Shown here: positions 41,006-53,751 of the stretch, piece after piece
How positions within the stretch are numbered: the stretch's first letter is position 1
How the letters are laid out: every line of letters begins with the position of its first letter
Assembly: GCF_036588685.1 (NCBI RefSeq)
Contig: NC_086374.1
Coordinates: 16,244,001 to 16,308,000, forward strand
Source: Mytilus trossulus
Taxonomy: Eukaryota
Direction: 5' to 3'
DNA: 64,000 bases
Made by a program: the position numbers and the translations under genes
Notes under the pieces: model-generated
What the model was told of the DNA's origin: nothing
Seen by the model: only the letters and a program-made list of their open reading frames with translations
Databases searched by the model: none

Positions 41006-42430
41006 TTTTTGTCAAGCCTGTGACTTTTGTCGCAGAAAGCTCGACATAGGGATAGTGATCCGGCGGCGGCAGCGGCGTTAGCTAACTTCTTATTAGCTTT
41101 ATATTTAAGAAGGTGGAAGACCTGGATGCTTCATACTTTGTATAAAGATGACTCATGTAACGAAGTTTCCGTCAGTCACATGTCCAATGTCCTTGACATC
41201 ATTTTCATGTTCAGTGACTACTTAAAACAAGTTGATTTTTTTAATGTTCAATTTTCTCTTTTTATAAGTAATATGATAACTATATTTGGAATGTGCGTAC
41301 CTTGCAAGGTGTTCATGCCCATCAAACAGTTTTAACTTGACCTCATTTCATGGATCAGTGAACAGGTGGTTGGTTTTGGTGGTCAAGGCTATATCGCAGA
41401 TACTATAAGTAATAGGTCTAGTATATTTGGTGTATGGAAGGATTGTAAGGTGTACGTCAAACTGGAAGGTGTCATATCTTTAACCACTGACATGTACACC
41501 TAACAATCATTCCATACACCAAATACCTATTGTTTATAGAGAGAGCCGTGGTGTAGTGGTTAGTGCATCGGACTACTAACACAAAGGTTCCTGGTTCGAT
41601 TCCCGTTTGGGATGAAAATTTCAGAAAGTCAATTTTCGGCTCTCCCTTGACACCATCTGCGAGTATGGTCTTGAGGAAACGATGATAGTCCGTCGGAAAG
41701 GGGCGATAAATGGCTGACCCGTGTTAAGAGAGAGCCACGTCTCTTGCACGTTAAAGACACCCTTGTAGATTTCGAAAAAGAGTAGGCTAATGCCGCTACA
41801 AGGCAGCACTCGCACCCGCAAAGTGGAAAGGGATTAATATAAGTTGCAAAACTTGTTTCCCAATCCACTATAAATAAATATGTTTAAACTAAGGTGTCAT
41901 CTGACCTTGACCTCATTACAGTGGTTATAGTTAAGTTTTTTTCGTTTTGGTCTGTTTTTCTTATACTGTATGCAATAGGTCTACTATATTTGATGTATGG
42001 GTATATGTCTAGCTGGCAGGTGTCATCTGACCTTGACCTCATTTTCATGTTTGAGTGGATAGTTGTTTTTGAGTTTTGGTCTTTTTTTTTTTATACTATA
42101 TGCAAAGAGGTCAACTATATTTGGTGTATAGAAATATTTTATGATCTATATGCAAGTCGTGCAGGTTTTATTTGACCTTGACCTCATTTTCACGGTTCAC
42201 TGCTTAGTGTTAAATTTTTGTGTTTTAGTCTGTTATAAGCAGTAGGTCAACTATATTTGTTGTATGGAAGTATTGTTAGCTGTACATGTCTGCCTTGCAT
42301 GGTTCATCTGACCTTGACCTCATTTTCATTGTTAATGTTAAGTTTATGTGACAGTTGTAACAAAGCTTTATATTTAGGACTATCTACATAATATCATTGA
42401 CTAGTAAAGAAGGCGAGACATTTCAGCGTA
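41006..42430 (-). mobile_element. HINE-like family 2 copy, nested in older copies (about 40320-43056) and interrupted by a SINE
   Basis: It contains the terminal hairpin tgtcaagcctgtgacttttgtcgcagaaagctcgaca, a (ggc)n tract and tgaccttgacctcattttca core repeats, and ends gaaggcgagacatttcagc. Confidence 0.75.
41540..41890 (+). mobile_element. tRNA-derived SINE with a Deu/Nin-like central domain
   Basis: The Pol III A box is GTGGTGTAGTGG (41548-41559) and the B box is GGTTCGATTCC (41593-41603). The body gtccgtcgga...gataaa...tgcacgttaaagacaccc...ttcgaaaaagagtagg resembles the Deu/Nin SINE domain. It has an AT-rich tail and a TSD aaggtgtcat at 41466-41475 and 41891-41900. Confidence 0.88.
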
Positions 42431-42684
42431 TTTTTTAAAGTTCATTGCTATATGTTAATGATGTTTATTTGTCTTTTTTCTTGTACTTTGAGCAATAGGT
42501 CAACTAAATTTGGTGTATGGAATGATTGTAAGGTGTATGTCTGTCTGGAAATAAACTTCTGATCATGATCTCCATTTCATGGTTCATTTACCAATCTAAA
42601 GATTTCTTTTTTAAGTTTGTTTCTTAGATACTGTATACAATGGACCAACTGTATCTAAAGCGTGTAATGATTGTAAGGTGTACG

Positions 42685-42810
42685 TATAAAAAAGAAGATG
42701 TGGTATGATTGCCAATGAGACAACTATCCACAAAAGACCAAAATGACACAAACATGAACAACCATAGGTCACTGTACGGCCTTCAACAATGAGCAAAGCC
42801 CATACAGCAT
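42685..42810 (+). mobile_element. Mg1-like repeat fragment inserted in a HINE-like array
   Basis: gtataaaaaagaagatgtggtatgattgccaatgagacaactatcc...gcaaagcccatacagcat. Confidence 0.75.
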
Positions 42811-43528
42811 GTCTGTCTGACAGGGTACATCTGACATTGACCTCCTTTTCATTTTTATTGATCAATGTTTTCCTGGTTAAGTTTGTTTCTTAGACACTAT
42901 GTGTGATAGGTCAACTAGAATGATTGAAAGTCCATTTTGGTTTATCTGACCTCATTTTTATGTGATAGTTGTATTAAAACTTTATAATTAGGACTATCAA
43001 CATAAATTCAAAGGTAATAATAGAAAGCAAGATGTTTCAGCATGTGCACTCTTGTTTTAATTTTTAAAGGGGCATAACTATAGAACAGTGAAAATGATGC
43101 CACCAAAAATCAAACTGGGTCTGTGTTTTGTGGTAATAAATATTGAACATAACTTTCATAACATTTGTTCCAGACAAACTTAAGTTAGGGAAGGAAACAA
43201 AAAATAAATTACTTATTGTTCTATTTGTAAAGGGGCATAACTCTAGAATGGAAAAATTATTTTTCCCAAATTCGAAGTTGATCAGTGTTTAGTGATAATA
43301 AGCATTGTATATAAAAATCATAAAATTTGGTAGAGGCAAACTTAAGTTAGAGAAAGGAAACCAATTTTAGGACCATGGCAAACAAACAGGGTTGAAATTA
43401 CTACTGCTACAGTAGGGGCACAAAAATAGAGGTTTTATTGAATTCTATAGATTAATCCTTTCATTTTGAAAATTTAATAATAAGTTTTTAATTCACTTAT
43501 TTGGATAAAATATGCAATCATCATACGA

Positions 43529-44301
43529 TACCACAGAAAACGGCCATTTAACCTTCTATAAACTCCCACCATTGGACTAATCTGTAATACTCATACCACA
43601 GCAAACGGCCATTTAACCTTCTATAAACTCCCTCAATTGGACTAATCTGTAATCCTCATACCACAGCAAACGGCCATTTAACCTTCTATAAACTCCCTCC
43701 ATTGGACTAATCTGTAATCCTCATACCACAGAAAACGGCCATTTAACCTTCTATAAACTCCCACCATTGGACTAATCTGTAATACTCATACCACAGCAAA
43801 CGGCCATTTAACCTTCTATAAACTCCCTCAATTGGACTAATCTGTAATCCTCATACCACAGCAAACGGCCATTTAACCTTCTATAAACTCCCTCCATTGG
43901 ACTAATCTGTAATCCTCATACCACAGAAAACGGCCATTTAACCTTCTATAAACTCCCTCAATTGGACTAATCTGTAATCCTCATACCACAGCAAACGGCC
44001 ATTTAACCTTCTATAAACTCCCTCCATTGGACTAATCTGTAATCCTCATACCACAGAAAACGGCCATTTAACCTTCTATAAACTCCCACCATTGGACTAA
44101 TCTGTAATACTCATACCACAGCAAACGGCCATTTAACCTTCTATAAACTCCCTCAATTGGACTAATCTGTAATCCTCATACCACAGCAAACGGCCATTTA
44201 ACCTTCTATAAACTTCCTCCATTGGACTAATCTGTAATCCTCATACCACAGCAAACGGCCATTTAACCTTCTATAAACTCCATCCATTGGACTAATCTGT
44301 A
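43529..44301. repeat. Tandem repeat, 65-bp unit x ~12
   Basis: Unit ccacagMaaacggccatttaaccttctataaactcccWcMattggactaatctgtaatMctcata starts at 43531, 43596, 43661, and so on. Confidence 0.98.
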
Positions 44302-46255
44302 TTATTAGTATCTTATTACAGCACTGTTGCAGATAAGACAGTAGTGTATCAAATAATAAAACAAATTAAAATTTAATATAAATATTTTATTACTTTTGGC
44401 TTCTAAAGTAAAGCCATATTTTAACATAGTATAATATTAGGTGGGAATTTTATACTTTGTATAGTACAAATGAATAATAATTTGAATATGAATCTGAATA
44501 GACATACGAAATTTTTTCCTGTACAATTTTTTGGAATGGCTGTATTACGAAATTTCTATTGAGAAAACTTCCAACCCAGATCTTCATTATTGCTTCTTGA
44601 CCATTTGGCATTAGTACAGAACTGCAATTTTGTTCCTCATTTTATCTACTTCTTTTTGTGGTAAATAAGTAAGACACATAAATTATCTATCTATCTTCCA
44701 AAATTAGTTCAATATGTAAAATAGCATGTTTTTTAAAAAGGCCCCCAAAACTATGAATCTGAAATTGTGGTTAATACAAATATGTCTACTAGAAATATAA
44801 GAAAGGAAAACTTTAAAAAATTGAATTGAAATAAAAAAAGAGGAACAGGAAAGAAATGGAAAGATGACAAGGCATACTTAATGCCCCTCTATTTTAGGGA
44901 ATATAAAACTTTACAAGTGTTGATGTTTTTTCATTGTCACTAAGCTTGTAACAGTTACAAATACAAAATGGTCAAGAAGAAAATAAACTACTCTAAACAC
45001 TTGTTCTGTTAAATACTGGAGTATTATTCTGTATAAAATATATACTACACAATTACATAAAAATATCAACAAGGTATCACAGGTATTAATGTATGTAAGT
45101 CTTTTATAATTTATAACTATGTACAATTATCAATGTTATTCATGCAAATAAAACAAGATACAGTGGTCATATTTACCCTTGTTGAACCCCATAGAATTTT
45201 TATTTTTGTGTGCTAATAATATTTCTATGTTATGAGTTCCAACCTTTATTCAACAAAACATTGCACGTAAACAGCCTACTGGCCATGAAAACTAGAAGAC
45301 AAATTATAGAAATTTATCAATTATACAAATATTTAGGAACATATTTCCTCTAAAATGGTACTTTTCTGCCATTGCCTCTCGTTGATTTCTACTGATAAAT
45401 GCTTATAAGAATATTTAGCATCAACCTTTTGTCACATTCCAGAATACAAGGATAAACCCTGTTTAAATAGTTTTATAAATCATACTTGTAAACCTGGAGC
45501 TTTTTACCTAGACTGTTGTAGAGCAACAAAAATTTGTAGATTTATATCATTCTAATTATTAGTTTATAAAGATGTATCACAGTTACTTGTCGTCCCCAAT
45601 TTTCCCTTTTTAATACACATATACAAGTATAAATGCTAACATTGTTAATAAAAATGATATGTTTCAAAAAGTTATGTTATCAAAATGTACAAGAATATTA
45701 AATGCTTAAATTTAATTATATTTCAAAATTTTTAAATATTCATTAGGTACTTTCAACTATCTTAATAATTTTATATCTATATAAGGATACCCAATAAAAT
45801 ATAAAAGATAATTTCCTATAGATTTCACTCTCTTAACAATACGATAGATGCACACTTTTGGTAACTGCACATGTCAGTTTTGAATCTTTCCCATTTAGTA
45901 ACAATTGCCTTTCAGGTCCAAAATACTTGTGTTCCAATTGCTATAAAATCATTTTTGTAAATAATGAGTTTTGTTAAAATACCCAAAATGAAGAATATAT
46001 GGAATATAAAACCCTTTCATTTACATGGGCTAACAAGGCATATTATCAAAATACTTCTGCTCTTCATATCAACACCAATACATTCTGAACCTAAATGTCA
46101 TTCAAATGTCGTCAGTTTATGAATGGCTGGCCAGTCTATCACATTTTCTGACTTTGATTCAGCTGATCACACAAGGGACACAACTCTTGAAGAGAAGATA
46201 ACTCTTGTGTTTCTTATAGCACCATTGAAGTTTTGTTAATCATTTGTTTGACAAT

Positions 46256-46297
46256 TCAAGGTATTCCTGAATGCCAGTGGGTTTTGTTAACAGGCAC
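46256..46297 (-). CDS. COBL: Cordon-bleu-like protein, last coding exon (end of WH2, VPVNKTHWHSGIP*)
   Basis: A long pyrimidine tract and cag acceptor at 46300-46298, phase 0. It completes the WH2 'MKK|VP' motif, and TGA is at 46258-46256. Confidence 0.85.
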   Translation of the reverse strand: MPVNKTHWHSGIP

Positions 46298-46802
46298 CTG
46301 CAAAAGAAAAAAAAAAGAAATCAAATATCTAAAATAAACATATACAAGCTTGTGTCATGTGTGTGATGTATTTTTGATAAAATATATGCAAGTTTGTCCA
46401 GTGACAGTTTGTCTAAGTCACAAATTTGCACTATTAATGTCAGAGTATCTTGACCTTAAATATTTCCAAATTTGATGTACAAATACATTGAGTATGTGTT
46501 GTAAATAATTTGTCATTTCTGCTACCGGTATATGTATCACACTAGGTATATTTCTAAACTTTTCTGTTAATCAGTAATTATTGAATTCAAGTTGAATTTT
46601 GTTCTTGGAAACCTATTTAAACTGAATTGTACTTATTTTTTTCTTTCCTTTGCCACTATCATTTTAATTGACATGCAAATAACATGCTCATTCCATTTTA
46701 TCCTTCAAGATTTGTCCTATTAAATCATCAGTTGTTGTCAGAATGAACTGAGACGAACTGAATTTCATTTTAATTAAAGTTTAAAATAAAATCACAACAT
46801 AC

Positions 46803-48571
46803 CTTTTTCATTGCAGTTCTTCCACCAAAGTTTTTAATAGCTATCATTAGTTCCTCTCGTGGGTCCAGTTTTGGTTCTATATATTTACGAGGTTTACTTT
46901 TAGATTTTGGTTTTGTTTGTTCGTTTGAGGAAGTAACCTCGACAACAGCTTTCCCATTTGGCAAGGCAGGGGCAACTGGAGGTGGAGGAGGAACAAATGT
47001 TTGTTTCACAGAAGTCGATTCAATAACTTGGTTGACATGATTCCCTATATCAACTGATATTTGTTTTTGTGATGATTTGTCCTGCGACGAAAGATTATTT
47101 TGTGATGACTGGTCCACCATACTACCTTGCTGTTGTTGTGATGATAAAGCTTCCATACTCTGTTGCATTTGTTGAATCATCTGTTGCTGAAGTTGAATTT
47201 GTGACTGTAATTGTTGTTGGAATTGTTTGGTGGTTTCATCAGAAGGAATTGCCTGACTTGATGATAGTAATCTTTTGTTATCTTCTAGTTGTACCTTCCA
47301 CATTGAGAACTGTTGTTGTAATTGTTTATATTGAGTGGCTAGTACCTCCTGATGGTCTATACTTGTATCATGTTCAGCCTCAACACCAGAGTCATTGACA
47401 GACTTTTCCAAGTTGCTGCTTACTGAAGTTTTTCTATCAGATGAATCCTCTTCCTGTTTCGTAGAATTTGAATTCACAGAAAATACAATTTCTGTTCTTG
47501 AAACTACAATGTCATCTTTTATATTGTCTTCACTTTTATTGTCTTCTATGGAACTGTCTAAAGTTGCCCTAACCGCTGGGAGATTAATCATAGAAATTGA
47601 TTTCTCTTCTAAAACATGTTCCATTTCCCCTTCAGAATTTGGAGAAAAGCTAAGTTCAGAACATTTTGTTTTCACTTCCCCCTTATGTCCCCTCACAGAA
47701 CCTGCTTCAGTGATGATAAAGCCATCATCCATTTCCAGATTATGTCCCTTAGTTGGGGTTATAAATACATTATCATTATTAATGGCAAAGTTAGATTTGA
47801 TTTCATCGAGTGTTGCTACAGTGTGACGTTTATCTGGAGTACTTTGATATGTTGGTTTGGGTTTTGGTTGAATCTTTTTCTTTTTTCTCATTAATGAGAA
47901 ATCCACTTTACTCAGGTCATCAAATGTCAAAACAAACTCTTCCTTAGGTTTTGGTTTTTCTGGTTCTTTAGGAATAATTTTTTCTTCTTGAATGATTTGA
48001 GGAACTTTTGCAACTTCCTGTATTTTGTCTGGTTTTGTTTGTAATTCTTCTATTTTGACCTCTGGTTTCTGGTTGGTTACATATGAAATTTCTGTATGTT
48101 CCTTTTCAACTTCAGTTTCTGCAATTTCTGGTTCTGAAAATGGATAAATGATTTCATATGTTTCTGTTATAACAACCTCTTCTTCTTCCTCCTCCTCCTG
48201 TTCATGCTGAACCTCTTTGATTTCTTCCTTAAACTCGACCTCATCAGGAGCTTCCATTCCAGACTGGAATTCTGGGGGAACAGTGTTTATTTTGAAATCA
48301 TAGGTAATTTCAGCAACTTCTCTGTCTGAGTTTCGTATATTTTGGATTTTATCCTTTTCACTTTGATTTGATTCTGTGGGAGGAATATTATCCATATCGT
48401 CTGAATCCTCCTGGGTATCTTTTGAGAAAATATAAACAGCATCATCGGCTACTGCTTCATTTGAAATTACATCCTCTTCAAAATCATCTACAGCCTTCTT
48501 GCTACCATCGACAGTCATTTCTGTCATTTTCTCCACAAACTGTGCCATCTCGGTTTTATATTCAGGGGTTT
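46803..48571 (-). CDS. COBL: Cordon-bleu-like protein, large exon (acidic region, Q-rich coiled coil, poly-Pro, WH2 N-part)
   Basis: It covers the 592-aa ORF. Acceptor tctttgtag (phase 1, ETPEYKTEMAQ...), donor AAG|gtatgt. DPREELMIAIKNFGGRTAMKK is a WH2 helix plus LKKV-type motif, preceded by PPPPP. Confidence 0.9.
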
Positions 48572-49254
48572 CTACAAAGAAAGGAAATAATAGCGTGATG
48601 AGTGTTTGTTCATAATGTACAAAATTCTATCCTCATCTGTAAAATCTAAGATATATAAGTCCATCAGATTAAGAGGTTAATTAATTTAACATTAAACTTA
48701 TTTTGGCAATAACCATTTTTAAGGTGAGGTGATATTGTGGGTTTTTTTTATGCATTTTTTTGCAGAATATATATTCTTCAAAAAAAATCAAATGAAAACA
48801 GAGGACCCTTATTTCAGGTCCAGTGAAAATCGGGAAAGCATTGTATTTACACTTTGTTCAGTATATTATCAGCTATTCAGGGACTGTTAAAGAAAGGTCA
48901 ATAATTCCTTTGTAGGCTTTATTCAATATCTAAAAGTACGTTAAACCAAAACACTAAGAAATACCTTTACTACAAAGAAACTCTTTTGCTCAAGACTGGT
49001 TGTGATAAAGCTAAAAATGCATGCTATGGTACACAATTTTACCTTACATTTCATGCCATGCCTTAACAATTTAAGGTTTTTTTTTAATGGTTACAGAAGT
49101 TATCTTTATAATTTTTTTCCGTCACCACAACATTGCTTCTATGTAAAACTAGATTGAAAAAAATCAGATTTTAATATCTGAAATTTTGGGATACAGAACT
49201 GTTTGGTTTCTTCTCATTTGTCTTCTCTCAAAGATAATACTACTACCAGACAAC

Positions 49255-49347
49255 AAAACAAAGCATAGTCAATGATGCATGGAATCCAGGTCATAAGGAT
49301 CAAACAAAGCATAGTCAATGATGCATGGAATCTAGGTCATAATGATC
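49255..49347. repeat. Tandem duplication of about 46 bp
   Basis: aaacaaagcatagtcaatgatgcatggaatcYaggtcataaKgatc, twice. Confidence 0.85.
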
Positions 49348-50874
49348 TACTTGCAAATATCTATCTCTACACAATTTAACATGATTCATATTTTTACAGT
49401 CAAGTTGATAGTTTATTTCATATAAACTTCAATCAACTATGAAATGTAGTTTACAATGACCATTTTTATACTGAATGCTGTCTTACACCTCAAAATACAC
49501 AACTACACAGTTTTTTATCACACTATTACATTTAGTTATGAGCTTTTGTTACTGTGATATGAACTCAGATGTTAATGAATTAAATAAAGTGTGAAAGGCA
49601 TAGTCTCACTATTAAAATTGATATGAAGTCAGACAAAAAACTTAACCAGAGACAATTAAGCATGAACTACAGATTTTGCTAGGATGTTGACTTATTTCCT
49701 AAAAATACTTACGTTTAATCAGTATTTATTAATGAAAAAATACAAGATATATACTACAATGTTACATAAAGTTCAAATATCGAATTCGGACGCAAGTTTG
49801 GAAAAACTTTTATAAATCCGTCTCCCATTAAAAATACTTCGATTAGTTCTTTATTAAGTAGATTTGATTTTGTGTTGGAGATGGTTTACTTCTCACTTCA
49901 TAAAAAAGTGTATAGTTTTGTAAGTATTAAGGATGAAGATTTGTAGAATAAGATTAGCTTTTATTCAAATTTAAACTCTAAAGAAAGTTATATTTAACAT
50001 TCTTTGGGCTTTTGTGAATAAGAGGTAAAATTAGAGTAAAGACAAAGCATTACATTGAAGCAATGAAAAAGCAACCAGAAGATAACAAAATGTTACCATA
50101 CTTAATCATTAATCAAATGTTTTATCCTCAAACAGTATCAATATTATGTTTCTCACAAAATTATAGTGTGTTAATGTGTTACAAACGTAATTAGATTATA
50201 GAGATGATGTCCTTGTTAAAGTACTAACTTTATCTACAAGAGATCTTCCTGGTTCAGGTAGTAGTAAGATGTTCTTATAAATTAATAAAACATCTTCATA
50301 CTGACTTCCTGCTGCTTTAAGCATAAACAGAAATCAAAACAAATTTTAAAGTGTTGTCTCCCTTCTTAATATTTTGGTACAATCATAATATTATAATGAT
50401 ACCGACAATATTTTTGTATTTCATTATCCAAGAATTGATTGATTCCGAAGTTCATTTCACTTAAACTTTCTTTTTATCATTTCAGTTTGTAGAAATACTT
50501 TTACAAATGGTAAAACTAACAGTATGAAAATATCTATGTTATCTCTCTTTATAATGTCAATGTTTCTTATCAAGTTTGTAGTTTTAAGGAAAAATCCTAT
50601 CAAATTTGCAATCTTCTTGAAATCTTCAGCATATTGAAGTTAAGAAGTATTATGTAGATGTAGATGTGTAAAAAATGTTTTACACTTTTACCCTTATAGA
50701 CAAGAACCCTTTGTAAGTCAATCTCTGTTGATAAAATGTACACAAGGACACCATTATTTGCTGAATTAAAAAATACAAGCCAGACAAATTAAAAAAAAAA
50801 AAAGAAAGAAAGTTTCTTGTGTTAGCATGATGAGGCACTATTATGAGATGGTCACACATGGTATCCCATAATAC

Positions 50875-50994
50875 CTTGTTCTGCCCGCATCACTTCCTCT
50901 TGGCAAACAGCTATTGTTCGTTCAAAATCCATGCTAACATCGTCAACGGTATTAACAGAACTGATACTGGTATGACTCTCAGCTCGGCTATGCA
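50875..50994 (-). CDS. COBL: Cordon-bleu-like protein, internal exon (120 nt, phase 1-1)
   Basis: Bounded by taacag and G|gtatta. It encodes MHSRAESHTSISSVNTVDDVSMDFERTIAVCQEEVMRAEQ, is open, and is in phase with both neighbours. Confidence 0.78.
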
Positions 50995-52857
50995 CTGTTA
51001 GGACAAGGTAAAATAGAGGATACACATGGATTACACAAGCTTAGAACATGCATGCAATCTCAACATCTGTGCATTTAACATCAACACTAATTCAACAAGG
51101 AGTTATTGGTTGGGATTTTGTTTTTGTTTGCCAATTTGAAATCTTCCCTCAATTTTTTCAATAAAATTCAGATTTGTCATACATTAAAAATTTCCTGATT
51201 CATTTTCATAAAATTTAGTCACATGTTGGCAAAAAAATAATCTTTCATGTGTCAGTTAAAACAGGGTAGAGATAATGCACAGATCTTGATTTAATTAGAA
51301 CAAAGACATGGAGGTTCGACACAAGACAAATATATACTGTAATAAATATTTTATAAGTTCTGTATACAGCTATATGATTCTTAAATTTTAATTTGTAATC
51401 CTCATTAAGTTTTTTTTTTCTTTGAATAATTGATATATACTTTAATCTAAAAAAGAAGGTGCCTATTCAATCAAAGATTTCATCATTTTTTTTTACTTTC
51501 TAATCAGACATCTATCTAAATTAGGGATTAATGTGCAGTCTTATTTTTTTCAAAAAATATTTAACTAAATCACTGATTTATTTTTAGCAAATCAAACAAA
51601 CATCACGAGCAGATGTGTTTGAAAATATTCTGATCTTCTAAATGTCTGTGCATATGAACTGCAACTTAAGATGGAATCCGCAAAGATAAAAAAGTTATAT
51701 AATAATTTAGTAAAATGTAAAAAAAAGTCTTTAATCTAAGTGCATGTAACTTGAGATCAACATAAATTTTAAGCATAAGAGGTTCAATATTTTGGCAGTA
51801 TCATGCAAATAAATTAAAAAGTGCAAATAAAATGTGCAGTAAAAACAGAAATAAGGCTGAGTTTTAACATCTAAGGCATAAAGTAAAGCTTAAAAATTGA
51901 GTAATCATGAAATGCATTTTTATTTTATGAGAAAAAAGGCAATTTATAAGCAGAAAAAACAGTAAAGAAAATTTAAAGTTATTGAGTTAGTAAGAGATCA
52001 TGGTCAATAGGTCTGAGAATTTAGGTTCTTATATAAATTCTAACAGCTGGCAAGATTTTATATCTAATTTTTTTATGCTGCAAAAATTTCAATTCATTTA
52101 TCGTTCATGTTTCAGATCTTCAAATATCAATTTTCTTTATCAAAATTATTTAGTTTGATGGAAATTTTTCACCAAATAAAAAATTTACTTCTCAATAAAA
52201 CAAGATTTATTATTAATATCTAGGTTTATTCTAAGGGTTCATCATTTAATGCAACAAAAATTGATATGTACTGACAGTGTATGTCTTATATTTTGCTGCC
52301 ATTATTTGGGTTTCAAGCAACCGATTTATGAATAGGTAGTACAGAAAACAGAAAAGGTTGCAATGTACTAATGCTTTCAAATGTGCAACACACACATGGA
52401 GATCACAACAATAATCCTACCATTATCTTCCCAGTAAATAAAACTGTCCAATCCTTCACATAAAAATAGTATAAGAAATGTTGATACCATACATGAAATA
52501 TTGTGTTGTAAGGGGAATAACTCTAACTTATCAACAATCAGTTCATTACAGCTATCACGAATAACAATATAATGTATAAGCTGGCAAGAGAAAACAAGTA
52601 TGCCTTAACCTACAGTAGAAGGTCAAAGAAAAATCAAACCTTGCTCTTATAATTGCTTTCTTATTTTTAAATAACATTTATGGTTAGATTTCTGTATTTA
52701 CTCATACATAAAGGTACCTGTTTTTCTAAATTAACGTGAAAATGGTTATGTTAGTCTTTAATTTGCAGAGGAGGATTACAATTATATGGTTTTGACTATA
52801 GGTGTGATGCATATTAATACTAAATATTCCTGTAGAACAGTTATAACTATTGGTATA

Positions 52858-52985
52858 GTGTATGGTAGATGGAATGGTTACAACTAAATGGCCTATAGAT
52901 TGGATGGTTACAGCTACATGGCCTATAGATGGGATGGTTATAACTACATGGCCTATAGATGGGATGGTTATTACTATATGGTCTG
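52858..52985. repeat. 30-bp tandem repeat x ~4 just inside an intron
   Basis: gatggttaYaRctacatggcctatagatgg units. Confidence 0.85.
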
Positions 52986-53013
52986 AACAAACAAGCAGTA
53001 ATTAAATACTTAC

Positions 53014-53349
53014 TACTGACAGGAGAATCTGTAGAACTTCTGGTGCTTACTGGACCATACGAGTTACTGTCATCACTTGTCTCCACACCAACATCCACAG
53101 TGTCCACCCGACCATTAATTATCATGTTATAATCCACAGGTTCAGAATCATCTGGAGGTGGTTCTAAAGGTGGAGGCGGAGCTATAAAAGCACATGGTCT
53201 AGGTAGATGGGATGTTGAATCCACATCAATGTCCTCGCTGTGGATTGAAGAATTTTCCACCATCATCATTCCCTCACCGCTCGTATCTTGGTCGTCCAAA
53301 TCCTGGTCCAAGCTATCGAGGACTGCATTTATTGCAACATCGTCGTCTT
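53014..53349 (-). CDS. COBL: Cordon-bleu-like protein, internal exon (336 nt, phase 1-1)
   Basis: Acceptor tatatttttag, donor A|gtaagt. It encodes KDDDVAINAVLDSLDQDLDD...FIAPPPPLEPPPDD...SPVS. Confidence 0.88.
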
Positions 53350-53751
53350 CTAAAAATATAAATTTACCAGTCAGATCAGTTTAAATGATTTTGGACCAAT
53401 TCTTTTCATATTGTTTAACTAATTTTATAATTGAGTCAACAAATGATGTGCATAGTTAAGTTCTGTTGTTTTTATGATTATATCCAACCTGTATTATTGG
53501 CAGTAACAATTATCCTATATTAGCAGTTGTCAGTGACTTAAATGAAAATAAAGGAAATGATATAAAAAGTATAATATTATAAGATGATGGAGCACATTTT
53601 AAAAGAAGTCTTGATGTAGATTTCCTTGGTCAGATTGACCTAAATGCAAAAACATAATGTTGATCATATAATAAATCCATGAAAAGTCAAGGTCAGTTAT
53701 TTTATACAAAACGGGCATGTACCACTACATTTTTTGTATTAAGCATTCAAG

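Noticed and set aside
41541-41612. tRNA gene
   Set aside because: A and B boxes are present, but the acceptor and anticodon stems do not pair. It continues into a SINE body and is bracketed by a TSD.
47069-48598. Plus-strand ORFs (47069-47398, 47395-47826, 47616-47894, 48368-48598)
   Set aside because: They are antisense shadows of the large cordon-bleu-like exon, with no recognisable motifs.
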